A DNA stretch of 64,000 nt, from assembly GCF_009914755.1 (NCBI RefSeq), contig NC_060936.1; one strand, given 5' to 3'. This stretch comes from the human T2T-CHM13v2.0 reference genome, Homo sapiens. The position numbers and the translations under genes are program-made. Of the stretch, positions 1 to 26,890 are shown in pieces. The notes below the pieces were generated by a model. It made no database searches. It saw only the letters and a program-made list of their open reading frames with translations, and was not told the origin of the DNA. Each line of letters opens with the position of its first letter. Position 1 is the stretch's first letter.

Positions 1-27
1 CGGCCTCCCAAAGTGCTGGGATTATAG

Positions 28-457
<430 letters not shown>

Positions 458-539
458 TGATTCTGGATTGACTTTCTTTTGAAATTCTTTTTTTTATTTT
501 TTGTTTTTTTTTGTTTTGTTTTTTTTTAACTATTTTCCT

Positions 540-1330
<791 letters not shown>

Positions 1331-1603
1331 GTGAAATTCTTTATATGTCTAGATCAGAGGACTTTGTGAGATTTTCAGACTTGCAAAAAGTTCAGAATAA
1401 ACTTCAGTACCGCAAATATCTTCTTCAGTCTATGGGTTGCCTTCTCACTCTTTCAATAATGTCTTTTGGTGAACAAAAGTTCTTAATTTTAATATAGTTC
1501 AAGTGAGTGATTTTATTATTCTATTTAAGAATCTTGCCTGGGTGTGGTGGCTCACATCTGTATTCCTAGCACTTTGGGAGGTTGAGGTGGGAGGATTACT
1601 TGA

Positions 1604-2033
<430 letters not shown>

Positions 2034-2039
2034 CTAAAA

Positions 2040-2280
2040 GCTGTTTTTGTTTTAATTTTATCTGAAATTGCTTTTTGCGCATGGTATGAGCTAGGTCAAG
2101 AGACTTTGTTTTCCTACATGGATATTTAATATGGCTCAGATCATCTATTGAAAGACCATCCTTTTCCCACTACATTACAGCATGTTGCTTTTATCATAAA
2201 TAAGGTAGCCATACATGGGAGAGTTTATTCCTGGATTCTGTTTTGTCTCATTGTTTACTTCGCCTATCCTTCAACAATAT

Positions 2281-2319
<39 letters not shown>

Positions 2320-2830
2320 TAGTTTTATTATAGTTCTTGATTTTGGGTAGTATAATCCTCTAGATTTTGTGATTCTTCTTCAAGATAGCCCTAGCTATTC
2401 TTGGCATTTTGAATTTCCATATAAATTTAAATCAGTTTGTTAATTTCCTCAAAAAACCTGCTGGGAATTTGGGAGGATTGCTTTGGAGCTATAGAGTTGA
2501 AGATGACTGACATCTTTATAATATTAAGTTTCTAATTTATGAACATGCTCTATCCCTTAAGTATTAAGTCCATCCTCAATTTCTCTCAGCAGTGTTTTGT
2601 AGTTTTCAGTGTAGTGGGTGTTGCACATCTTATATTAAATTAATTCCTAGGCAGTTGGTTCTTTTGATGTTATGTAAACAATTTCAGTAATAACATCTAA
2701 TTTCCTATTTATTTTGTATTTGGACCTTGAATCCAGCAACCTTGCTAAATTTGCTTATTGTCTTGGTTTTTTCCTTAGGTTCTTTTAAATTATCTCAGTA
2801 CACAATTGTGTGGTCCATGAACAATGACAG
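2040..2830 (-). mobile_element. Old L1M fragment
   Basis: Degenerate antisense L1 ORF2-type sequence. Confidence 0.6.
2283..2316 (+). repeat. (CA)17 microsatellite
   Basis: Read directly. Confidence 0.97.
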
Positions 2831-3134
2831 CATAGTGGACTCTGTGGCACGGCACCCAGAACCACCCCCTTTCAAGACAGAAGCATTTATTCCTTCACTT
2901 CCTGGGAGTGTTAACAACTGATAGCTACCAGTTGTGCCCGCTCTGGACTTTTGCCCATAGTGGCCTATCCTCTGTGATTATGCATTTGTAACTGTGTTCT
3001 TCCTCTTCTGAAGACATCAGTCACATTGGATTAGCCACCCTTATGGCTGCATTTCACCTTGATTACCACTTTAAAGGCCCTGTCTCCAAATACAGTCACA
3101 TTGGGGGTTATGGCTCCAACATACTCATTTGGAA

Positions 3135-3455
3135 GCCAGGTGTGGTGGCTCATGCCTGTAATCCCAGCACTTTCGGAGGCCAAGGCAGGAGGATTGCTTG
3201 AGCCCAGGAGCTAGAGATCAGCCTGGGCAACACAGGGAGACTCATCTCTACAAAAAAATATAAATAAATAAACAAAAAAATTTAACTGGGTGTGGTGGTG
3301 CATACCTGTAGTCTCAGAAACTTGGGGGCTGAAGTGGGAGGATCACTTAAGCCCAGGAGGTCGAGCCAAGATCACGCCACTGCAGCACTCAAGCCTGGGC
3401 AACAGAGCAAGACCCTGTCTCAAACAAAACAAAACGAAACAAAAAAAACAAAAAA
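3135..3455 (+). mobile_element. AluJ inserted into an MLT1-type LTR end (~2960-3495)
   Basis: Alu consensus; MLT1 motifs (ccctgtctccaaatacagtcacatt ... ttggggaacaca) resume after it. Confidence 0.75.
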
Positions 3456-3538
3456 ACCCATATAAATTTTGGGGAACACATTTCAGTTCATAATAAAGTG
3501 GAAAAATTAAAAGAAATTAAATTTACAGTTTAAAGTTA

Positions 3539-3967
3539 TGCTAGAATAGACATGAAGTAGCCCCCCTGAAATAAGAGTTAAGAAAGAATATTAACTGCTC
3601 CTCTGTAAGGTCTGTGAAGCATTAACCATATCTCTCCCCCACATATTTTGTAAGTTCTGTAAGCTCCTGTTTTTCTTGCTGTGCAGCTGCAAAGTCACAA
3701 GATAGATAAGCATGAGTCGCAAGACATGTTTTCCCAAGATGTAAGCTGAGTCCTAAGAATGTCACCTGATAATTAACTGCTTTGTTCTCGCTTTTGTAAA
3801 CCAGCTTCCTGCATCATATAATTCCCACCTCAAAGTGCATAAAAGACATTCATTTTCTTTGTTTGCTGCTCAGACTTTCAAGATGCATGTCCGCTGAGCT
3901 AGTGTACACTTAAAATATTCCCTCCTGAACTCCGCTTAGTCTCTCCAGTCTCTGATTTCCCACTACA
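3539..3967 (+). mobile_element. Solo ERV1-class LTR, family unresolved
   Basis: TG...CA ends, TATA-like cataaaa, U5-like ctcagacttt...ccgctgagc; no TSD found. Confidence 0.55.
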
Positions 3968-4149
3968 ATAACACATCCCTGAAGAGATTTTGGTTTGACC
4001 AATCAAAAATAATAATTGTGTTTTCTGTGACGCAAACATAAGGAAACCTATAGACTCAAACATTTTTTATTGCCTACCTCCTAAAATAATTTTTTAAAAT
4101 AATTTTTAAAAAGCATACATTCTTTTGCATATTTTTGGTCAACATTTAA

Positions 4150-5390
<1,241 letters not shown>

Positions 5391-5989
5391 CATAATTTGC
5401 TTATTTCTAGAATGAGACAAGAATCAAGATTAATTGTATTCCAATTTTTAATTTCTTCAGGTATATTATTTGAGAAATCTCACTCATATAAATAAGAGTA
5501 GAAGGCATTTAGCTTTAGCAATGCCAGTGAATTTTGTGAACTCTTTCAAGTTATATACCAAAACCTTATAATAATCTTTCATCAAAAACTGATTTATCAG
5601 CACTCAACTTGATTAGATGCTCCTTTAATTTGGTTGAAAGAATTATAAATCTTGACTTCCAAAAAGATTTTTCATGAAAGTACTTTATCTACACAAAGTG
5701 ACAATATTTCAAATTATCTTTGGTGGTCAAGAGGGGGTATGTGTGTGTGTGTGTGTATGTGTGTGCCCTAGAACAGCATACCATGGAAGGAATGAGAGTT
5801 GCAGTAACCTTTTGTAAAGTGAGCAGGGAGAGGGGAAAGAAGATGCTTTGACACGTAGAGAACATTCTTGGTGAAGTGTCAAGATGGAGACTGCATCTGG
5901 AAGTCAAAATCTGGAAATTTCAGCCCTGTCCATGTTGGAAAGGCTTTGTACACCCCAGAGATACATGTACTCCAGTTTGAAAATTGCTG

Positions 5990-6180
5990 ATGTAGTGTGT
6001 ATCTAGTGTCAATCAGCCTGTGTTCAAATAACAGCTCTACATCTTGCTAGCTGAATGACTTTGGGCAATTTATTTAGCCTAACTATACCTCAGTTTCCTC
6101 CTTGGTAAAATGGGAGTGATAATACCTCAAAGAGTGGTAGTGAAGATAAAATTATCTACGTAAAGTACTTAAAACTGATA
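5990..6180 (+). mobile_element. MIR
   Basis: MIR core tgactttgggcaatttattt...cctcagtttcctc...taaaatggg. Confidence 0.75.
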
Positions 6181-6354
6181 GGGAGGAAGGGAGGGATTGC
6201 AAATTAGCACAAGAAAGCTTTGGGGGTGATATGTTCCATTATCTTGATTATGGTGATAGTTTCATGGTTGAATACATGTTAATATTCATCAGATTGTACA
6301 CTAAATATGTGCTGTTATTGTATACCAATTTTACCTTAGGAATGCTGTATTAAA

Positions 6355-6821
6355 CCTGGGCACAGTGGCTCACGCCTGTAATCCCAGCACTTTGGGAGGC
6401 TGATGCAGGTGGATCACTTTGAGCTCAGGAGTTCGAGACCAGTCTGGCCAACATGATGAAACCCCATCTCTACTAAAAATATAAAAATTAGCCTGGAGTG
6501 GTGGTGCACACCTGTAATCTCAGCTACTTGGGAGGCAGGAGATTTGCTTGAACCTGGGAGGCGGGGGTTGCAGTGAGCTGAGATCACGCCACTGCACTCC
6601 AGCCTAGGTAAAAAAGCAAGACTCCGTCTCAAAAAAAAAAAAAAAAGAAAAGAAAAAAAGAAGAATGCTGTTTTAAAATCTTTCATTTTTTATTTTTAAA
6701 AAATAGGGACAGGGTTTCACCGTGTTGCCCAGGCTTTTCTCAAACTCCTAGACTTAAGCTGTCCACTGGCTGCAGCCTTCCAAAGTCCTCGGATTACAGG
6801 CTTGAGACTCTGTGCCCGGCC
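6355..6821. mobile_element. AluS (+, 6355-6662) tail-to-tail with Alu monomer (-, 6685-6821)
   Basis: Alu consensus. Confidence 0.85.
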
Positions 6822-7579
6822 TGTTTTAAAAATCTTAATTGGCATTTAATATATATTCAATAAATATTAGCTATTATTGTGAAGAGAGATTCTGGACCTT
6901 TCTTGCCAGGAGGTAAAATTTCCACTCTCAATGTAGGCCCCTGTTGTTTCACTGGGACCTTTCTCCCCTCTCTACAGCTTTCCCCTTCCCCAGCCCCAGG
7001 AAAGGTGGAGGCGCCACCTTCTGGTCAGAAAGGAGATTACACAATGGTGTCCTGCTTTTAAACTTTTTGTTTTGTTTTAGCATTTATTTTCGAATAGACA
7101 ATACACGCCCACGTAAAAATTCAAAGGTCCTAAGAGACACCTTCCACATTTCTTCTCTCAGTTCCCTCCTCGGATGTAACCTATACTATTACTTTTGCCA
7201 AATGTCAGCGCCCTGAAATACACCACCCGAAATCTCACAGATAGGCAAAGCTGGAGTTTATTCATGTCTTAGCAAGGGAGCACACCGCCTTGCGGAAACT
7301 TGAGCAGCATCTGGGAGGGGAGGGCAAAGGGAGGATATTTATGAGGTTCTAGGTTGGATTAAGGTGGGTCTTTCAGTGAAGGGCTCTGATTAAGTTTGGG
7401 TACGGATCATGATTTAGCAAGGTGAGGGCTTAAAAAAGTTTTGGAGCATGAATAATCATTTGATAACTGTACTGGAAAGCTAAGCAATTTAAAATACGTT
7501 GTCTGGATATTCCTGAAATGAACAATAACATTATTTAAAAGTTTTATTTTAAAAAGTTTTTTCAGTTAAAAAAAATTAA

Positions 7580-7789
7580 AGGCATAAGTATGATACAAAG
7601 GACTTTGGGGACTTGGGCGGAAAGGGTGGGAAGGGAGAGAGGAATAAAAAACTACAAATTGGGTTCAGTGTATACTGCTCGGGTGATGGGTGCACCAAAA
7701 TCTCACAAATCACCACTAAAGAACTTACTCATGTAACCAAATACCACCTGTGCCCCAATAACCTATGGAAATAAAAAGTTTTTAAAAAT

Positions 7790-7790
<1 letters not shown>
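7580..7790 (+). mobile_element. L1PB 3' end
   Basis: gggtgatgggtgcaccaaaatctcacaaatcaccactaaagaactt...aataaaa. Confidence 0.85.
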
Positions 7791-8350
<560 letters not shown>

Positions 8351-8474
8351 CCATTACAGCTTTTATTTTTGGGGCAAGGGCTTCCTGAAATACTAAAGTC
8401 TTGTTGGTAAAGACAGTAGAATAGCAAAGTCAAGCTAATGTAGGCAGTAAAGTGTGTGGGTGGGGCTTGGCTAA

Positions 8475-8869
<395 letters not shown>

Positions 8870-9528
8870 TAAATTTAAGAAATGTGATATTTTCCCCTTT
8901 ACCAGTTGTTGCAGAAATCCAGAAACTGAGTATGAGATATTCCTTAAATAATGGCGATCCAACAGCGTTTGCTCTGTGGTGATATGTGATGTACTTTCCC
9001 AAAGTACGTATATTTACGTATTTTGTGTTGAATGGAATTACCGTTTGAGGTATTCTAGTGTTTTCCCTCTCAGCAATTTATCTAACAGATTATGGTTTTG
9101 GCAAAATCTGTGGGGCACATTTTCTTATTCCTGGTTTCCTCTTTTCCATCACAAAGCAGAGTACAGGGCTGAGTGGCAGGGGACAGAAATAATTATTCCA
9201 TAAGCACTGAAATCTGAAGGCCAGCAGAGGGGCCTTCATTAAGTGCGAATCTGTTGGGCACCCACTGAGTAGTGAACAGGATGAATGTGACAACCACACT
9301 CCCTGCCCTTCCCAGGCTTGCAGCTTAGTGAGGGAGAGCAACACTGCCTGCCCTTCATTAGGGGGATGAATGTGACAAAGCACAGTCAGGTTGTGGGAAC
9401 CTAACCTAATCTTTGGGCTGAATTAAGAATTCCCAGAAGTGACACTCAAGTTGCAAGATGAAGAATAAACAGGAATGAGACAGGTGAGGGGTGCGGTGTG
9501 GGAGGATTGTTCTTGTAAGGGGAGATAG

Positions 9529-9918
<390 letters not shown>

Positions 9919-10289
9919 TTTCCAGATATTTTGAATAGGAATGTACACATAGACTTTCCAAGTGAGGAAGTCACCATCCTAAATGCATAAGAATCCATCC
10001 TATGACTAAAGTCCCTCATCAGCGAGAGCCTCTCATGTTAGTGGTCCTAGGGAGACAAGACCCTGTACCTTTTTTAGTTCTCAGGAGATGGAGTGAAGAC
10101 TATTTTCTGCACTCTTGATAAAGTTCAAGAAATGCCCATCATTGGCAGAAAATAGAATTAGAATTTCTTAGAATTGGAAATGTCTTTAGAAATCATGCAA
10201 TCAGGTCTCTTCAACTGAAAAATGAGGAAAATAAGACCCAAAGTGCAGAATTCCTTTCTAAAAATTTTAATTATTTTAAAATTATTATT

Positions 10290-13300
<3,011 letters not shown>

Positions 13301-13319
13301 GTCATATCTAAAGAGGGTT

Positions 13320-13925
13320 GCTGAGGAGGAAAAAGGTTTTTCCTCTCCTCTCCTAGGGTTTTGCTGTGTTGGCCTAACTCCTGACCTCAGGTGATCCACC
13401 CGCCTCGGCCTCCCAAAGAGCTGGGATTACAGATGTGAGCCACCATGCCCGGCCCCAGGTTTTATTTTATAAGTTTAATGTGGCAAAACGTGGGGGTGAT
13501 CCACAGAGAAGAGAAACTCCCCGAAGAGGCAGCGAGGCTTGGGGGTTTTTATGCCATTTAGAGGAAGGACAACAAATTTATAGAGAAGTAACAAGGCAAA
13601 GGAAGGGGGTTTCTAACTTTCTAGTTCTAGGAGGTAGTAAATTGTGGGGAGGTAAATATATGGGAAATACTAATGGGAGATTAGGGCTAGTTAGTAAGGT
13701 TTATTCATGTAGACACTTACGTCATCTCTCTCTTGCCATTTCCATCTCTGGTAATAAGGGCTGTTCTTCCCTTCCTGATATGGGAAAGGGGGCGGTCGCC
13801 TGCACAAGGAGAATATATGCCCTCTTTTCATATAGGGAGGGTAGGGAGCTTGTCCTGTGTTTGGTTTTTCTGAATTGCTTTCAGCTCAAAATAATTCTTA
13901 TGCCAGAGTGGCATATACTTTCCTG
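13320..13925 (-). mobile_element. MER34/MER39-group ERV1 LTR with an Alu fragment (13373-13455)
   Basis: Terminal motif ttcagctcaaaataattcttatgccagagtggcatat. Confidence 0.65.
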
Positions 13926-14024
13926 CAGGAAACTGAACTACTGAGCAGGTTTGACAACTTGCTCATTGCCTGTAGTAGACTAAGTGCTTAGAAGTCGTTT
14001 TTCAGTCTCAAGTAGTCATACACA

Positions 14025-15067
<1,043 letters not shown>

Positions 15068-15413
15068 TGATAGCTCTAGATATCCTCTTATAGGATAATC
15101 TCTAAAGTTTATTCTTAGGCCAAAAACTTTGGAGGTACCCTGTTTTTTCTCTTTTTCTCACATCCCACATGCACCGTGTCTCCAAATCCTGTTGACTCGC
15201 TTCAAAATATATTCCGAATCCAACTACTTCTCACCACTTCTATTGTTACTCCTCTGGTCTACTGCAACAGCCTCCTAACATTTACTTGCTTCCATCCTTG
15301 TCTCTCAGGCCTATTCTTAACACAGCAGCCACAGTGATGATGTTAAAATGTAAGTCAAACCACATTACTGCTCTATTCAAATCCTTCCAACAGTTCCCAG
15401 TCGCAATAAAAGC

Positions 15414-16029
15414 TGTAAGGGTAAAAAAGTGTGATATATTTCCTCACCCATCATAAGGGTTGTGGCTGGCACTCCTATAATAAAAGACAGGTTAATAAGA
15501 GAAAAGCATAACAAATGTACTTCATCAAAGTTTTAGGTGACACCAGTGTCTTCAGAAATGAAGACCAAAAGACCCAGAGAACACTGTGTCTCTGTGCTTA
15601 GGTCTGATGAAGAATGGGCAGCGGTGTAGGAATGTGATTGGACAAAAGGGTATGATCTAATGGTAATGGACTAAGCGGGGAAACCCAGCAAGGTCTCTCT
15701 GTTCAGATCCTTCTTGGCCTCTCTGTGCAGCATTCTTTCCTCCTGGGTTTGGGGCAGGACCCTTCTGGAGTGAGGGTCTTCAATGGACAACAGAGAAAGT
15801 GACCTTTCTAGGTTTTATGGCTTGTTTGTGGGGAGAGAAGTTCTAGTTTCTCTGACCAACCTTGGGGAAGAGGAATTATGGTTTCTGTGACTCCTCAGGG
15901 GAGAAAGAGAGGTGAGAGACAGGAGGGCAGGAGAAGGTCAGAGACTTTGCTTCTGAGGCTTTTTAGTCTCTAAAGTACTCAGCATGCCAAAGCGCCATAC
16001 TTTGGGGTATCATTTTCTGAGCTCCAACA
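15414..16029 (-). mobile_element. Solo MER39-type ERV1 LTR
   Basis: TG...CA termini; perfect 4-bp TSD AAGC (15410-15413 / 16030-16033). Confidence 0.85.
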
Positions 16030-16151
16030 AAGCTAAAGTCAGTTTTTATAATTGTTATTTGCTCTCTTCCTCCCCGTTCTCCTCTCCCCTGGCACTCCCA
16101 CACTTTGTTATAACTCTGACCTTACTTCCAGCTCCTCTATTCCTAGCTCAC

Positions 16152-19666
<3,515 letters not shown>

Positions 19667-21298
19667 CTCACTCTGGTCCAGGCACACTCTGCTTGCTGTT
19701 CTAACACACCGGGCACACAATCCTCCACCTGGAGCAGATACACACATGCCCCCTCTCTTGTTCCCTTTACATCTCTTCATAAATGCCACTTTCTCTGTGA
19801 AGTCTTCCCTGACCACTCTGTTAAAATTCTAAGCCCCATCTTCCAATTCTCCTGACATTTTTCCATTAAAAAAATGTTCCCATAGCAGTTCTCATCATGC
19901 GAATTCCCATGGATTTTAGATTTTACTGATTTGTTTGTTTTCTCCCCCACTACAATGTGAACTCCATGAGGGTAAACATTTTGTCTGTTTTGTCTACTGA
20001 TGGCCACCCATGACAGAAAAAAAAGTGACTGTCTTAGGGGAGGCCCTCAATGTATTTTTGTTGAATATTGAATAAATGGATGACTCAGATGTAGGGGGTG
20101 ATCTAAAGAGAAGAGTCAAGAATGACTTCAACGTTTTTTGCTTGGGCAATTGGGATTGCCACTTTCCAAATCAGGGAAGTCTAAGGGAGGAGCAGGTTTG
20201 CTGAAGGTGTGATGACTGGCTATCTCCAGTGTCGTCAAGAAAAAGAACTGAGGCAGAGTGCACTGATGGGGTGATCCATTTTCTCGGACTCTGGCAACTC
20301 TAACAGTTTCCTTAGTCAGATTTACAGTTGCCACAGATATCCTCTGAAAGTTGGAAAAGGAAGAGGTTACCAGGTGTTCTTTCAGTTCAATACTGGGCTT
20401 GTGTCTTTGATTGATTCCCATCAATTCAGTCACTTCACAAGTCAGAAGAGGCAGAGATTAACTCATAGCTGCAACTGGCTGCTGTCTGGTGGTGGAAAGG
20501 ATAATCCTGAAGGTTATGTTTCATGGTCCTATAGGACATTAACCACTTTTGTATCCAATACAGCAATCTCACTAACATTCCTTTGTTAAATTGCCTAGAA
20601 ACACCCATGCTTCTCAAACGCACTTTGAACTGATTTTGATATCTTATAGATTCTTTCATTAATTAATAAGTTGTATAAAATCTTTGACGTGTTCGTTTTA
20701 TATTTGCATGAGTTATGATTCTAGCTTTTTGAAAATTATATTTTAATATCACTTTTACAGAACTAAAATGCTGCCACTCAAAATGATACCTGAGTACTTA
20801 CCCATTGATTAGTCCAACCCTGTGACAACATGAATTTCCCTGTTGCCAGCGCACTAATACAGTTGGCAACCGGCTAAACTTCAGGCAGCAGAGAACGTTC
20901 AGCTGCTTGCTGCTTTTTGAAAAATAAATAAAGGGCTTCAGATTATGCCACCCCAAAATATGTTGTTTTGGCATATTCATTTGAGCTGAAGACACTGGAG
21001 AAACAGCTGATGCAGGAAAAGCTCTCTGATTCTCCCTTTCTACCTGAAAGCAGGTCATACAATTTTCCATGAGAAACATGCCCTCTGTGTACAAGGAAGA
21101 GAACATTCTTATCACCATAGAAAGGGAACTGACACTGAAATAGATCTATGCAAATAGTCTTACTAAAATAACCTTTAACTTCCACTGGTTCCCCCTTTAT
21201 ATTTCCTAGTCACTGTCCCACAATTTACTGCCATTACACCAAGCCCCTTTGTTTTGTCACATCCCCATAATTTATAATTCTTTGTGTAAAAAGGTATA

Positions 21299-21825
21299 CA
21301 GTAGTTCCTTGGTATCCACAGGGTATTGGTTCTAGTTGCCACCCCCTGCATATACAAAAATCTGAGGATGTTCTTATATAAAATGACATAGTATTTGCAT
21401 ACAAGTTATGCACATCTTCCTGTATACATTTTTTTTATCTTATTTTTTTTTGAGAGAGGGTCTTGCTGTCACCCAGGCTGGGTTGCAGTGGAGTGATCTT
21501 GGCTCACTGCAACTTCTGTTTCCTGGGTTCCCGTGATTCTTGTGCCTCAGCCTGTAGCTGGGATTGCAGGCGTGCATTATCACACCTGGCTAATTTTTGT
21601 ATTTTTAGTAGAGGCGGGGTTTCACCAGTTGGCTAGGCTGGTCTTGAACTCCTGGCCTTAAGCAATCCACCTGCCTTGGCCTCCCAAAGTGCTGGGATTA
21701 TAGGCATGAGTCACTGCACCTGGCCCTCCTGTATACTTCAAATCATCTCTAGATCACTTATACCTAATATAATGTAAATGCTGTGTAAGTTGTTGTTATA
21801 GTGAATTGGTTTTTTATAAATTTGT
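21299..21825. mobile_element. MER2 (Tigger-type DNA transposon) containing an Alu (21430-21725)
   Basis: TA|cagtagttccttggtatcc start; aaatcatctctaga...aatgtaaatgct motifs. Confidence 0.75.
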
Positions 21826-22019
21826 ATTTTTTTCTTTCTTTCTTTTTTTTTTTTTTGAGACGGAGTTTCACTCTTGTTGTCCAGGCTGCAGTGCAATGGC
21901 ACGATCTCACTCACCGCAACCTCTGCCTCCCAGGTTCAAGCAATTGCCTCTTTGGGTCTTTTCTTTTTTTTCTTGAGACAGAGTCTCTCTCCGTCATCCA
22001 GGCTGGAATGCAGTGGCGC

Positions 22020-24026
<2,007 letters not shown>

Positions 24027-24347
24027 GCACAATCTCAGCTCACCGTAACCATCTCCCAGGTTCAGGTGATTCTCCTGCCTCAGCCTCCCGAGTAACTGGG
24101 ATCACAGGCATGAACAACCACGCCCAGCTAATTTTTGTATTTTTAGTAGAGATGGGGTTTCACCATGTTGGCCAGGTTGGTCTCGAACTCTTGACCTCAG
24201 GTGATCCGCCCACCTTGGCCTCCCAAAATGCCAGGATTATAGGTGTGAGCCACTGCTCTGGCCTCTTTGGGTCTTACATTTTCCTTCTGAAGTCTCCCAC
24301 GTACATGTAAATATATTAAATGCATTTATATCCTTTTTTCTTCTTAA

Positions 24348-24957
<610 letters not shown>

Positions 24958-25108
24958 TTAATCTATTTTATCATGATTCTGGTTCACTGCAACCGCCGCA
25001 CCTCTTGGGTTCTCAGCCTCCCTAGTAGCTGGGATTAGCTAATTTGTCAGTTTAATTCTTAAACCAGCTGCAGAACCTAAGAGAGTAGAAGGAAGTTTTC
25101 CTCTCCTA

Positions 25109-26436
<1,328 letters not shown>

Positions 26437-26689
26437 GTTTATCAGTAGACAAGAGAGAAAACAGCCAATTTAGGGAAATAATATATATATCTCTATTTTC
26501 TGCTGAGACATCTCCACAGTGTCTTTACAGACTGATAACTAGAGCTATTTCTCTAGTTAACAAAGGCAGAGTGGCCTTCCATTGCAGGTATTTACCATGG
26601 CAAATGCCAAGCTTCTTTGTGCAAATGTTTATGTGTGTGCTAAGCATTTTAAATAGATCTTTTGCATCACTCTATTTTCACACTGTGAA

Positions 26690-26890
26690 GGATATAATGT
26701 AGTTATGAGCTTTGAAGATGGACAGACCTGAATTTAAATTCTGACTCCATTACTTATTACACCTATGAACCTTGAGCAATTTACCTAATCTTCCAGAGCT
26801 TTAATTTCCTCATCTATAAATTAAGGATTAAAAACAGCTAGCAGAAAAGGTTATTGAGTTGAATGCAATAATGCATGTGAGGCCATGAGC
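26690..26890 (+). mobile_element. MIR
   Basis: cagacctgaatttaaattctgactcc...ccttgagcaatttacctaatc...tttcctcatctataaa. Confidence 0.75.
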
